From a virus (Duplodnaviria; Caudoviricetes), in IMG/VR virus record IMGVR_UViG_3300010381_000016, positions 1 to 24,629 of that record: a stretch of 24,629 bases of DNA; one strand, given 5' to 3'. The position numbers were made by a program, and so were the translations under genes. Below the pieces are notes generated by a model that saw nothing but the letters and a program-made list of their open reading frames with translations, ran no database searches and was not told where the DNA came from. The first letter of the stretch is position 1, and each line of letters begins with the position of its first letter. Positions 14,477 through 23,141 of the stretch are shown in pieces.

Positions 14477-15321
14477 CACTTACCACCCGCCGATTCTTTT
14501 TTGATTTGGTCGAAAACATCACCTTGAGCAAAATTATTCTGCAAATCAGCCCTTGTCTGTTCCATAACCTCATAATCAGCCTCGATTGGGTTTGCATCCG
14601 GGTACTCAATCGAATCATCTTCGTCCAGGTTATCTTTTTTGATAATCCCTTGGTCAACCTTTAATGCCGTCTGCATTTCGATTGATAAAATGCCCCACTT
14701 TGTCAAAGTTTTCTTGATCGCTGTCTTTAAACACATTTCATCAGGATTTGTCTGCCATGGCCCATTTCCAAAAGTCTTTGAATATCGCTTGCCATGCGCC
14801 AATAAGTCTTTTTTAGGGAAATACGCTGTCTTTGAGAACCCATTAATCAACTCAAAATAAACCGCAAAGCCTTCAATTTCACCCTCACCATTAACAGAAA
14901 AGTCAGCTTCTAAAGTTTCCGTCAGCCCATTCCATGATTTGAATTGATTTTTATAAACAGGTATGGCATTCATTTTAGTGTATTGCCCTGTCCTTAACGC
15001 AAGCTGTACAAAGCCTTTGTAGCCCATTTGGAACTGAGCCTTGCCAGCATAAGGTACTATGTATGAAAACCCTAAATTCGGGTCAATGGGAAGGTCTAAT
15101 GTGGCAGCTACCACCGCAGCGCTCATTACTGTCTGAGCATCAGCAGTTTTAAGCAGTTTGTTATTGCTGGTTACATTCATAACCGAGGACATAAATCCTT
15201 GTGCTTTCTTGCCTAGAATTTCCTCAAACCTCTTTTTTATTTTTTCATCACTGAAAAGTGATTTTATTGTTACGGGTAAATTTTCGCCCCTCTTTTGTAT
15301 TGCTGTGTCAAGTTCGCTCAT
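14476..15321 (-). CDS. recT: RecT-family single-strand annealing protein
   Basis: LDLPIDPNLGFSYIVPY..AQFQMGYKG.VQLALR; W....EMCLKT. Confidence 0.93.
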   Translation of the reverse strand: MSELDTAIQKRGENLPVTIKSLFSDEKIKKRFEEILGKKAQGFMSSVMNVTSNNKLLKTADAQTVMSAAVVAATLDLPIDPNLGFSYIVPYAGKAQFQMGYKGFVQLALRTGQYTKMNAIPVYKNQFKSWNGLTETLEADFSVNGEGEIEGFAVYFELINGFSKTAYFPKKDLLAHGKRYSKTFGNGPWQTNPDEMCLKTAIKKTLTKWGILSIEMQTALKVDQGIIKKDNLDEDDSIEYPDANPIEADYEVMEQTRADLQNNFAQGDVFDQIKKESAGGK

Positions 15322-15347
15322 ATCTACATAACCCCTTTACATAATAT

Positions 15348-15710
15348 TTATTGATTCCCTTCCGCATCATCAAGTATGGCATCAATCATTGCGTACATTT
15401 TCCTTCCCCATGATGTTTCAGTTGTCTTTTTTATGAAATTAATTACTGTATCTTTGTTGGCTTTGAAAATTTCAGGAATCCTTTTTTCATAGTCAACTGT
15501 TCCAAGCGCATAATTGTAAATGCTGTCTCCGGTATAAAAATCAAGCATTTCACAGGCAAAATGATGAATCCATTCATTTGAACCGCTATAACTACAAATA
15601 AGTCCTTTTTGTCTATAAATCATTTCGCTTGCTTCGGAAGTGAGAAAAAACCTTCCACACTCTGTATCAAACCAAACATATTTACTGCACTGAATTTTAT
15701 TTTCTTCCAT
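15348..15710 (-). CDS. Hypothetical protein
   Basis: GGAGGT SD before MEENK. Confidence 0.75.
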   Translation of the reverse strand: MEENKIQCSKYVWFDTECGRFFLTSEASEMIYRQKGLICSYSGSNEWIHHFACEMLDFYTGDSIYNYALGTVDYEKRIPEIFKANKDTVINFIKKTTETSWGRKMYAMIDAILDDAEGNQ

Positions 15711-15811
15711 AGCCTTTCTACCTCCCATAATATTTTCATCCCCATGCACCGCCAGCCGTGCTTATGCGCTCGCGTTCGGCAGCTATACCGGCGTGGCGGA
15801 GCGGGGAAAAG

Positions 15812-16012
15812 CTAAACTTGTGCGCTTTCCAGTTCCTCAATCTTATCCTGTAGCTCTTTATTCTCTTCTTCCAATTCCTCAATGCGACTATTTGCATCGT
15901 CCAATTCTTCTTCCAGTTTTTCAATCTCAGGTACAAATTCCTGCAACTTTGAAACAATGTCGTCCAAATCGGCGTTTGATGGCAAATGATATGTACTTAC
16001 TGTTGTTTTCAT
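15812..16012 (-). CDS. Small acidic coiled-coil protein
   Basis: IEKLEEELDDANSRIEELEEENKELQDKIEELE heptads. Confidence 0.75.
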   Translation of the reverse strand: MKTTVSTYHLPSNADLDDIVSKLQEFVPEIEKLEEELDDANSRIEELEEENKELQDKIEELESAQV

Positions 16013-16191
16013 TTCGACCACTCCTTCACCCACGGCTTGCACACTCGCCAGCTCTCCTTCGCATCTACGCCCATTATGGCGCGATACGCAGCGTATGCCG
16101 CCTCATTGCCCCCATTGATGTATTCCTCATGTACCCGCTGCTTTACGTCCACTATGGCGTATTTGCGCGTGTCAACTAATCTGTATCGCAT
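16009..16191 (-). CDS. Hypothetical protein, 60 aa
   Basis: AAAGGAGG SD; ATGA overlap downstream. Confidence 0.75.
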   Translation of the reverse strand: MRYRLVDTRKYAIVDVKQRVHEEYINGGNEAAYAAYRAIMGVDAKESWRVCKPWVKEWSK

Positions 16192-16206
16192 TGTGTAGCC
16201 TCCTTT

Positions 16207-16725
16207 CTATTCCAATAACAGAACTGATTTAATCTTTTCCTTGACAAACTCGGTATCAACCTGTGCCTTTACGCTTGAATCAACCTTGATTTCCGGTGTC
16301 TCAATGCCGAGCGCATCAGCCAATTCTTTTAGCCTTGCAGGCGATCTTGAAGCCTTTGCAGCCTTTATAGCCGCATCAAACTTGTCGCTTATCTCGCCTC
16401 GCTTATTTCGCGCTGTATCAAGAGAGCGTATCTTTTCAGCCAACCCATCGATTACGCCGTCAAGAATTGCCGTAGTTGGTTTATTGTGATAAAAATACCC
16501 ACATCTTTCCGAAAGAGCGTTATCGTGTGCGATTTCCTTGAACTTCTTTTCAACTGCCCCCATACCTGCGTATACAGCTTTTGCCGCTGTTTCAAGTTCA
16601 AGTATTGCGGCTTTGAATTCATCAGAAACCAGGCAAGCCGCCTGTACTCTACATTCTTTTGTATGTTCCTGTAATGCTTTCCACTTGTAATCCTCTAATA
16701 GCTGAATAAAATTTGACCTTTCCAT
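16207..16725 (-). CDS. Hypothetical helical protein
   Basis: GGAGG SD; 172 aa. Confidence 0.82.
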   Translation of the reverse strand: MERSNFIQLLEDYKWKALQEHTKECRVQAACLVSDEFKAAILELETAAKAVYAGMGAVEKKFKEIAHDNALSERCGYFYHNKPTTAILDGVIDGLAEKIRSLDTARNKRGEISDKFDAAIKAAKASRSPARLKELADALGIETPEIKVDSSVKAQVDTEFVKEKIKSVLLLE

Positions 16726-16753
16726 GCATCCTCCCTCTGCGGCTCTACACCGC

Positions 16754-16825
16754 TTGCAATTTGCGTAAATTGTGCTATACTGTAGCTAACTGTTTATCTT
16801 TGCCGCTTTAATGCGGTATTTCTTT
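16754..16825 (+). promoter_or_regulatory. Antisense promoter plus terminator (short RNA)
   Basis: TTGCAA-16 bp-TATACT with extended -10 TG, then hairpin TGCCGC/GCGGTA + TTTCTTT. Confidence 0.55.
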
Positions 16826-17213
16826 ATTCGCAGATATACCAGGTACTTTGCAAGATTTCGGAACAAGATAAACCGTTACCATTTTGATCTCTCATCCATG
16901 AATTCAATGTAATGTGCGGGTTATACGTGCGAGTATAACAGCTTTGTTTGCTTTCCACCGTCTTACCTTCACTGTATGCCTTTACTGCGTCCATGAAACT
17001 GACGAGCTGAGGAACAAGTTCCCATTCATCCGACAATAGCGGAGATTCGGCAGACTTGCCACCCCTCAAATAAGTGTCTACAATTACGCCTAGATGTATC
17101 TTTTCGCCCGTCATGTACATTACGCCATCTGATACCCTTTTAAACTCCAATTTAGGATTATCCGTCAGTGCCTTTACTACTTCCCAAGTTTTCAATACCC
17201 TCTCTCCCTTCAT
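16824..17213 (-). CDS. Hypothetical phage protein
   Basis: 129 aa; VSFMDAVKAYSEGKTV motif; true start may be TTG at 17195. Confidence 0.78.
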   Translation of the reverse strand: MKGERVLKTWEVVKALTDNPKLEFKRVSDGVMYMTGEKIHLGVIVDTYLRGGKSAESPLLSDEWELVPQLVSFMDAVKAYSEGKTVESKQSCYTRTYNPHITLNSWMRDQNGNGLSCSEILQSTWYICE

Positions 17214-17410
17214 CCCCTCAAATTAATGCGCCGTTCTGCGCTCCCTAACGGCTTGCTTGCCTGCTGCTTCTGCTGTGCTTCTCTCTTGTCGCATACCTCG
17301 TCAATTTTCAGCATCAGCACCCCAAATAAGATGCTGGCATTTTCGATAATAAACAGTATGCCAAAACAGATTAGCATTCGTGTAAATGGACTAAATAGTT
17401 ACCAATCCAT
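17210..17410 (-). pseudogene. Small membrane protein gene with in-frame TAA at codon 4
   Basis: GGAGGT SD, ATG GAT TGG TAA then open frame with hydrophobic stretch MLICFGILFIIENASILFGVLML. Confidence 0.45.
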
Positions 17411-17413
17411 AAG

Positions 17414-17644
17414 CTACCTCCCCGTACTGTTTAATTCGCCTGATAATGCGTTGTGCTGGCTCTGCGGTGTTTTAAACATCCGCATTCTTACATATGCGAC
17501 AAGCCCACCGAATTTCTTGATTTGCAATCTTCTCCAAGCTGTTTTTATCTTGTTATTGCCATTTGCACTTTTAAGCTTGTTGCGAGCCACTTTGCGGTTG
17601 TACACCGGATTATGTGGCTGTGGATTTTTGTGATTGCCCTTCAT
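17414..17644 (-). CDS. Basic hypothetical protein, 76 aa
   Basis: GGGAGG SD. Confidence 0.75.
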   Translation of the reverse strand: MKGNHKNPQPHNPVYNRKVARNKLKSANGNNKIKTAWRRLQIKKFGGLVAYVRMRMFKTPQSQHNALSGELNSTGR

Positions 17645-17671
17645 TGATTCAACCTCCCTATTTCATTTTGT

Positions 17672-18110
17672 TTCGGGAGAGGCAGCTGCAGTCTGCTCTC
17701 CCATGTATCAGCGTCCAGGGCGTAACCAATGCCATAAAGCCCCGGAATGGCTGATTTGCCTATTGTCCATCATCATATATTTTATTTGCCGTGTGCCTGT
17801 GCCCTCATAGCACCGGTTTACCCTAATCATCGGGTACAGGCTAATGGGTTTGGGGCAGTTATCGCACTGCCGGGCGGCATGTTCTCACCTGATTTATACT
17901 CTCAGTCGGTACATGCTTCGTGTGTGGAGGTGGGCTGGATACGCTCCAGCGGGCGGGGAAAGGTTCATGTCTGGCTGCTTGCCGTTTATTCCCATCGACA
18001 CTATAACCGGTGCCAGCTTCGGAGGCTTCGTTCAGGACTTCCTATAACCCATGCGCCATTCACATTTTTTGTTAGTCCGCGTAGTATTGGGCTGGGAACC
18101 ACCCAGCAGA
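17672..18110 (-). ncRNA. Candidate long structured non-coding RNA region
   Basis: ~440 nt with no - strand ORF of 60 aa or more, dense with nested helices (see findings). Confidence 0.45.
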
Positions 18111-18114
18111 TAGG

Positions 18115-18372
18115 TTACAATTGCGAAAGAATGCTTGAAAGCGTTTTCGACGTTTCTTCTGCCTTATCAATGGCAAACCTTATTTTTGATTCAACGCAAT
18201 CTGCCGGTGTATTTTTACCTTCTACACAAGGCGCTTCGCAATCCCTGAATAGCTTTCCAAATACTGAATCTGCTTTGTTTGCCGTTGAGTGTACCAAATC
18301 TAGGAGCACATTTAACCGCTCATCAATTGTTGGCTCTTTAGCCGTTTGCGCTACACATTTTGCCTCGTTCAT
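18115..18372 (-). CDS. Hypothetical protein, 85 aa
   Basis: GGAGGT SD before MNEAK. Confidence 0.75.
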   Translation of the reverse strand: MNEAKCVAQTAKEPTIDERLNVLLDLVHSTANKADSVFGKLFRDCEAPCVEGKNTPADCVESKIRFAIDKAEETSKTLSSILSQL

Positions 18373-18407
18373 ACTTTTACCTCCCATAAATTTATTCGCC
18401 TTTCGGC

Positions 18408-18490
18408 TGGTGGAGAAGGCCGGTATCGAACCGACATTTCATGTTTTACCATGGCAACATGCGTGTTTGCCCTATTGTCACCACTTCCCC
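18408..18490 (-). tRNA. tRNA-like gene with enlarged anticodon loop (isotype undetermined)
   Basis: Acceptor GGGGAAG/CUUCUCC-A-CCA; D arm GUG/CAC; T arm GUCGG-UUCGAUA-CCGGC; anticodon stem CAUGU/ACAUG closes 12 nt instead of 7. Confidence 0.8.
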
Positions 18491-18536
18491 ATATAAAGGC
18501 GGCGAACCGCCTTGCGAAGTGTGATGCTATTGCGAA

Positions 18537-19493
18537 TTAAGCTACTAAGCCTAATTCTTGATAAAAATGTTTGTACCGTTTACCTCTTTCGTGGTCAAGG
18601 TATTGAGTTAAAAAGTCCATGCCGTGAAATGCTTGATGCACATTGCCCCAATTGGCAAGAGGTATATATATCCGCCGGGTTTCTTCTGTAATCAAGCTAT
18701 CAGGCTGACCTTCGTATATCTTTTGATACCTCATTACGCATGCATTTTGGTTTAATGACTTGAGTAAATTCAAGCGATACAAGGCGTCATTGATATCTTC
18801 CAACACTGTTTTATCGGGACGGTCTTTGCATCCGACCAAAACATAGAAATTGCTTTTGTTTATGCCTTTACTCTTAAGAATCTTAACTTTTGATTCGATT
18901 ATTTTATCCATTGATGAATGATCAAAAGCAAAATGATACTCAACGTGGCTGATATACTTGGTACTCAGTAGTTCAGCTACATCGCTATCTAAAAGCCTTA
19001 TATCAAGTCCCTGATTAAAATCAATGCAGAGTTTTTCTTTGTGTAACTGATCACAAATACGCTTAAAATGATCAGGCAAGGCAAGAATATTGTTGTCGTA
19101 CAAAATTAAGTTTTTACTCTGACCATCCCAAACATCATATATTTCAGCTTCTTCGTGGACATAGCCTTCTTTTTCGGGAACCACACAAAACTTGCAATGC
19201 CGTATGCATCCGCGAGAGCAAAAACCGTAATTACATTTTGGCCTAAGCTGATCAATTTCGTCAGGCAGTTTACTCTTGACATCAAATCCAGTACCTCCAC
19301 ATATTGCTCTTGGATCGGCTTCTGATTTGTCAGTAAAGGTAAATATGCTGGAACAGTAAATACGATCGTATGTATGGGCTTCAATACCCACATAGTCAAT
19401 GCATTCATCACCCTCTGATTTATGATATAGTCTCAGTTTTTCCTGTGCATAATTTTTCAATTGTGGTTCTAAATTTTGGAATGCAACCCGCAC
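18537..19493 (-). CDS. Radical SAM protein
   Basis: SRGCIRHCKFCVVPEKEG, LYDNNIL, DFNQGLDIRL; GTG start after GGAGG SD. Confidence 0.9.
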   Translation of the reverse strand: MRVAFQNLEPQLKNYAQEKLRLYHKSEGDECIDYVGIEAHTYDRIYCSSIFTFTDKSEADPRAICGGTGFDVKSKLPDEIDQLRPKCNYGFCSRGCIRHCKFCVVPEKEGYVHEEAEIYDVWDGQSKNLILYDNNILALPDHFKRICDQLHKEKLCIDFNQGLDIRLLDSDVAELLSTKYISHVEYHFAFDHSSMDKIIESKVKILKSKGINKSNFYVLVGCKDRPDKTVLEDINDALYRLNLLKSLNQNACVMRYQKIYEGQPDSLITEETRRIYIPLANWGNVHQAFHGMDFLTQYLDHERGKRYKHFYQELGLVA

Positions 19494-19627
19494 TATTTCA
19501 TCCTCCCTTCCTTCTGCCACCTCTCGCGCTTACATCATTCCACTGACTGGCGTTCAAGGCTATGCTATTTTCAACGTACATTTCTGCCGAATGCAGACGC
19601 TTATTAAGCCTGTAGCGGTTAGGCTGA

Positions 19628-20359
19628 TTAGGCTAATTCCTGCTCAATCACCGGAAGTATGCCAGACTTTTTCAATAAGCCGTAAATGAACAATCTGCCT
19701 TTTTGAGTCCATTTTGTGTTCATGGTGATGTCTGGCCTACCATCTTTACGTGTGATATTGATTGTTTCAGAATGGGTATAGCCCTTGTCTTGATATTTGG
19801 TGTACAATAACCATTGTTCACTCTGCTTGTACTGGACGCCGTTTTCATGAAGCAAAGAATTCATTTCCTGTCCGCTCATGCCGTAATCTTTAGCGATTTG
19901 TGTAATAGTGACTAATCCCTTATTTTTGAGAATTGCGTCCGTGTAATCGGCTTTAGGCTTTAATTCTTTGATAACCTGGTCTTTCATAGTAAGTTGAAGC
20001 GTAAGCCCTTCGAGCTGTTTCTGCGCAAATTGTAAAGCCCTAGACATGATAGACTCTGGACTATTCCACTTCTTTTCAAGTTCGATGAAATATTGGCGGG
20101 CCTCTTTACCTTTTTCTGTACGCTGGAGCATACAGAGTTCTTTTGCCATGTCGATAGTGAGTTGATGATCTGTTGACGGTCTGCCTCCGGTACTTTCGCT
20201 CAAAATTGAGCAGAAGTCTATCCCTTCATTAAAACCGTATTCGCACATTCTCGGAAACCAATCTTTATATAAGGTTGCGACTTCCAAAAATTCATGTAAT
20301 GATCTGCCGCTTACTGTCTGCCTGTCGTTGTCATAATTAATTGGTATAAGATTATTCAT
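19628..20359 (-). CDS. Phage antirepressor (AntA/AntB N-terminus + KilAC C-terminus)
   Basis: VSGRSLHEFL...DMAKELCMLQRTEKGKEARQYFI; KPKADY...TKWTQKGRLFI. Confidence 0.93.
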   Translation of the reverse strand: MNNLIPINYDNDRQTVSGRSLHEFLEVATLYKDWFPRMCEYGFNEGIDFCSILSESTGGRPSTDHQLTIDMAKELCMLQRTEKGKEARQYFIELEKKWNSPESIMSRALQFAQKQLEGLTLQLTMKDQVIKELKPKADYTDAILKNKGLVTITQIAKDYGMSGQEMNSLLHENGVQYKQSEQWLLYTKYQDKGYTHSETINITRKDGRPDITMNTKWTQKGRLFIYGLLKKSGILPVIEQELA

Positions 20360-20384
20360 TAGCGTTATCCTTTCTACCTCCCTA

Positions 20385-20393
20385 TGGTATAAT
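20385..20393 (+). promoter_or_regulatory. Extended -10 promoter of YjzC-like gene
   Basis: TGgTATAAT just upstream of AAAGGAGGTG SD. Confidence 0.65.
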
Positions 20394-20416
20394 GTGGATG
20401 AAAGGAGGTGATTTTA

Positions 20417-20614
20417 TTGGCAAAGTCTATCAATGTAAAGCCGGGCGAAAATGTTATAAAGTCGGGTCAATATGAGCTAACTGGAATACGTGGCGGTCAT
20501 TTAAAAAAGGAAGTCACCCTTGTTAAAAATGAAACCGTTCCTCCTACACCCCAAAAAGGGCAATCATACACATTAGTTGACCCCACAAAGAACAAATCTG
20601 GCACCGGTGAATAA
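20417..20614 (+). CDS. YjzC-like protein
   Basis: KPGE....SGQY...G.RGG....EVT......PPT...G..Y.LVD.TK pattern; TTG start after perfect SD. Confidence 0.8.
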   Translation: MAKSINVKPGENVIKSGQYELTGIRGGHLKKEVTLVKNETVPPTPQKGQSYTLVDPTKNKSGTGE

Positions 20615-20620
20615 TCCCTT

Positions 20621-20651
20621 GGCTTCCTGATAACGCAGGAAGCCTTTTTTT
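20621..20651 (+). terminator. Intrinsic terminator
   Basis: GGCTTCCTG/CAGGAAGCC + T7. Confidence 0.88.
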
Positions 20652-20814
20652 AATCACTGAATATAAAGCCGGTGTCCTTGAAAGTGTTTTCAGTAAGCTC
20701 ATACAAGTCTTTTACAGTAAAGTTCTGTGATGCTATTTTGTGAGCTTCATCTTCGTTGTCTGCGGCAAGCAAATGCCTTTTTGCCTTAGTTGATATGGCG
20801 ATAAAATATTTCAT
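20650..20814 (-). CDS. Hypothetical protein, 54 aa
   Basis: AAAGGAGG SD; MKYFIAISTKAKRHLLAADNEDEA... Confidence 0.65.
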   Translation of the reverse strand: MKYFIAISTKAKRHLLAADNEDEAHKIASQNFTVKDLYELTENTFKDTGFIFSD

Positions 20815-20897
20815 ACAATTCCCTCCTTTCCTTTAGCGATCCTCCTATCAGGATAAATAAAATAAGTGAACATGCGTTTCTGCGTAGGGCATGGGCG

Positions 20898-21665
20898 TTA
20901 AGCCAGATGCTTAATCCTGTACTCCTTGATTATCCCTGTGTAAATCTCTTTGAGCCGTTTATCTTCCTCAATACAGTCAAGCTTGCAGTAATCCTTTTGA
21001 GCCGTCTTAGTCGCGCCGACATCTTCAAGTCTCTTTTTACCGTTTCTTAACCTGGTAGATAAATCAGCACCGGCTTTTTCTTCAAGGAGTTTATAGCTGT
21101 CTGAGCGCAAATCTTCATGATTTTGACCTTTGTTGCCGAGTTTAATTCCAATTTCACCCAAGCTTGAGTTAACCCACTTGCGCCATTGGTCTTTAGGCAG
21201 TTCTGCCATAGTGTCTTTGATCGTCTGTGTTGTAGATTCAAGCTTTTCAACTTTAGCCTCAAGCTTTGCGGATGCCATAAGCAGGTGAGATACCATTTGT
21301 AGTTCTGGGGAAAGTTTGGAATAGTCGATAGCTTGCTGCTTGTATTTTTCTTCTACTTTAATGAAGTAATCTCTGAACATATGCGCCTTTTCTGTCCTTG
21401 CCAACATGACAAGATGTTTCGCCATATCCAGTTTCATAATGAAGTCTTCCACTTCGTTACCCTCGACTTCAAGTCGAACCCTATAAAAATCAACGTTTTC
21501 AAAGAAAAATTCATTTTCAGTGATGTTTACGTTCGCCCATCTACTGAATTGGCCTGCTGCTAATTCAAGACCTTTGTACAATTCTCTCGCGCTTACCGCT
21601 CGCGTACCCTTTTCAGATTGATAAACTGGAATTATGCCATTTTCGATAATAGATAAGTTATTCAT
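20898..21665 (-). CDS. Second AntA/AntB-family antirepressor
   Basis: VSARELYKGL...LDMAKHLVML.RTEKA...RDYFI; start MNNLS after AGGAGG SD. Confidence 0.88.
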   Translation of the reverse strand: MNNLSIIENGIIPVYQSEKGTRAVSARELYKGLELAAGQFSRWANVNITENEFFFENVDFYRVRLEVEGNEVEDFIMKLDMAKHLVMLARTEKAHMFRDYFIKVEEKYKQQAIDYSKLSPELQMVSHLLMASAKLEAKVEKLESTTQTIKDTMAELPKDQWRKWVNSSLGEIGIKLGNKGQNHEDLRSDSYKLLEEKAGADLSTRLRNGKKRLEDVGATKTAQKDYCKLDCIEEDKRLKEIYTGIIKEYRIKHLA

Positions 21666-22049
21666 CGGCGCCCTCCTATACAAAAGATAATATTTGCGTA
21701 TTAGTTGTGGACAATTTGTCCATTGCTTGTTATAATTGCTTTAACCCTGTAGGGTTAAGAAAGGGGATGGTTTTATGCTCAGCGCGTTAACCAAACTTTT
21801 AATTTTCCCCAGTTCCTTTGTGCGTGAACGGCAACTGTAACGGCGCATCATACCGGCTCGCCACCGATTGTGTTTTCGCAATTATCAACGTGGGGGTTGT
21901 TTTCCAGAACCGTACTGGAAAGTGATAATCACATATTGGGCCCAATATGTGCAAAGGTTAAATTCGGCACTGTATAGCCGGTCTCTGCAACGGCGTAAAT
22001 TCCCGGTTAGCCACCGATGGGGCTATACAATTGTTTCCCCTTTCTTAAC

Positions 22050-22062
22050 TTGTCAAGGTTCT
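22050..22062 (-). promoter_or_regulatory. BoxA-like antitermination motif downstream of cro-like genes
   Basis: AGAACCTTGACAA, identical to 1970-1982. Confidence 0.5.
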
Positions 22063-22072
22063 ATTCTAAGTA

Positions 22073-22258
22073 TCAGAAGAATATTTCATCTACCGATACA
22101 TGGAACGCTGTTTTAAACTTCTTAATAAACCGGTATGTAGGCTCTCTTAAACCGCTTTCCACTTTGTAGTACAGAGATTCGGATACGCCTATTTCCTTCG
22201 CCATTTGTTTTGGCGTTTTGTTCTGCGATTCGCGGAAAGTTTTTAAGCGGTTATTCAT
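22073..22258 (-). CDS. XRE/Cro-like HTH regulator
   Basis: NRLKTFR...QMAKEIGVSESLYYKVESG.REP. Confidence 0.9.
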   Translation of the reverse strand: MNNRLKTFRESQNKTPKQMAKEIGVSESLYYKVESGLREPTYRFIKKFKTAFHVSVDEIFF

Positions 22259-22391
22259 GTCTGGCCTCCTGCATTTTCAATCTCTCAACCGTTTCCTTAA
22301 CTTTTCCTTCTCTTATAATCCGCTTAATAGCGACATCAAGATAATAAGCAAAGGTCTTCTTGTCTTCCTCTGTCATAATCCACTTGTCCAT
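22251..22391 (-). CDS. Hypothetical protein, 46 aa
   Basis: AAGGAGGT SD; MDKWIMTEEDKK... Confidence 0.65.
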   Translation of the reverse strand: MDKWIMTEEDKKTFAYYLDVAIKRIIREGKVKETVERLKMQEARHE

Positions 22392-22403
22392 AGGAATACC
22401 TCC

Positions 22404-22604
22404 TTAACCTGCATTTCTTATATACAGGCGTTCAACCGGTATGTTTAATTTTTCTGAGATTTGAAACAGGACATCTGCGGACGGCTTTCGTTTGCCGTTC
22501 AGGAGCTGGCTTACAAAAGATTGGGATAAACCGAGCAATTTCGAGAATTCAACCTGAGACATGTAACTGTACTTCTTGTCATAATAATACTTTAATTTGA
22601 ACAT
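22404..22604 (-). CDS. Cro-like XRE HTH regulator
   Basis: SQVEFSKLLGLSQSFVSQLLNGKRKP; first gene divergent from the repressor. Confidence 0.9.
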   Translation of the reverse strand: MFKLKYYYDKKYSYMSQVEFSKLLGLSQSFVSQLLNGKRKPSADVLFQISEKLNIPVERLYIRNAG

Positions 22605-22636
22605 TAGCCTCACCCTTTCTTTATCTGAATCAATTG

Positions 22637-22768
22637 TATCGCAATTGCGATAGTTTTTCCAATTGCAAAGTATTCCAATTGCAATGTTTATGTTAAATTA
22701 ACGTTATTTTTCTAGCAATATGTTGACATATCGCAGTTTTTTAACTAATATATATTGCAGGTGCAATA
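22637..22768. promoter_or_regulatory. Genetic switch region with repeated palindromic operators and repressor promoter
   Basis: Perfect TATCGCAATTGCGATA (22637-52); variants TTTCCAATTGCAAA, ATTCCAATTGCAAT and TATTGCAGGTGCAATA (22753-68); TTGACA(22723)-17-TAATAT. Confidence 0.75.
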
Positions 22769-22786
22769 GAAAAGAGGGTAAAACAT

Positions 22787-23101
22787 ATGTTTGATACAGT
22801 TAAAAGAATATTTGAGCTTCGCGACAATAGAAATATGACTACGAATGAGTTTGCTAAATTTGCAAAAGTGTCACAGCCTTATCTATCAGAACTTGAAAGC
22901 GGGGCAAAGAAAAGAGTTAGTGTTAGTTTTGTAGAAAAAATTTGTGATGCTTGTGGAATAAATTTGTCAGAATTCTTTAAAGGTTCAGACAATCCAGCTA
23001 ATATTAAAGCATCTATATTGTCTCGCGAAAAAGACGACCTAATAGATCGAGTCGAAAAGCTAAAGATAGAACTTGACCATATTCAAGACAAATTGAAATA
23101 G
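22787..23101 (+). CDS. CI-like XRE repressor
   Basis: EFAKFAKVSQPYLSELESG HTH plus C-terminal coiled coil; upstream of integrase. Confidence 0.88.
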   Translation: MFDTVKRIFELRDNRNMTTNEFAKFAKVSQPYLSELESGAKKRVSVSFVEKICDACGINLSEFFKGSDNPANIKASILSREKDDLIDRVEKLKIELDHIQDKLK

Positions 23102-23141
23102 CTAAACAATAAATTAATAAAATAATTGTGAGAGTGATTTT

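Noticed and set aside
16753-16768. Extra copy of the repressor operator
   Set aside because: Similar to the CAATTG palindrome but with wrong spacing; better explained as a -35 box
17747-18496. 249-aa + strand ORF
   Set aside because: No SD, odd composition, and antisense to a real gene, the tRNA-like element and a structured region
18497-18514. Terminator after the radical SAM gene (AAGGCGG-UUCG-CCGCCUU)
   Set aside because: Stable hairpin but only a very short U-tract; could equally be a leader structure of the tRNA-like RNA
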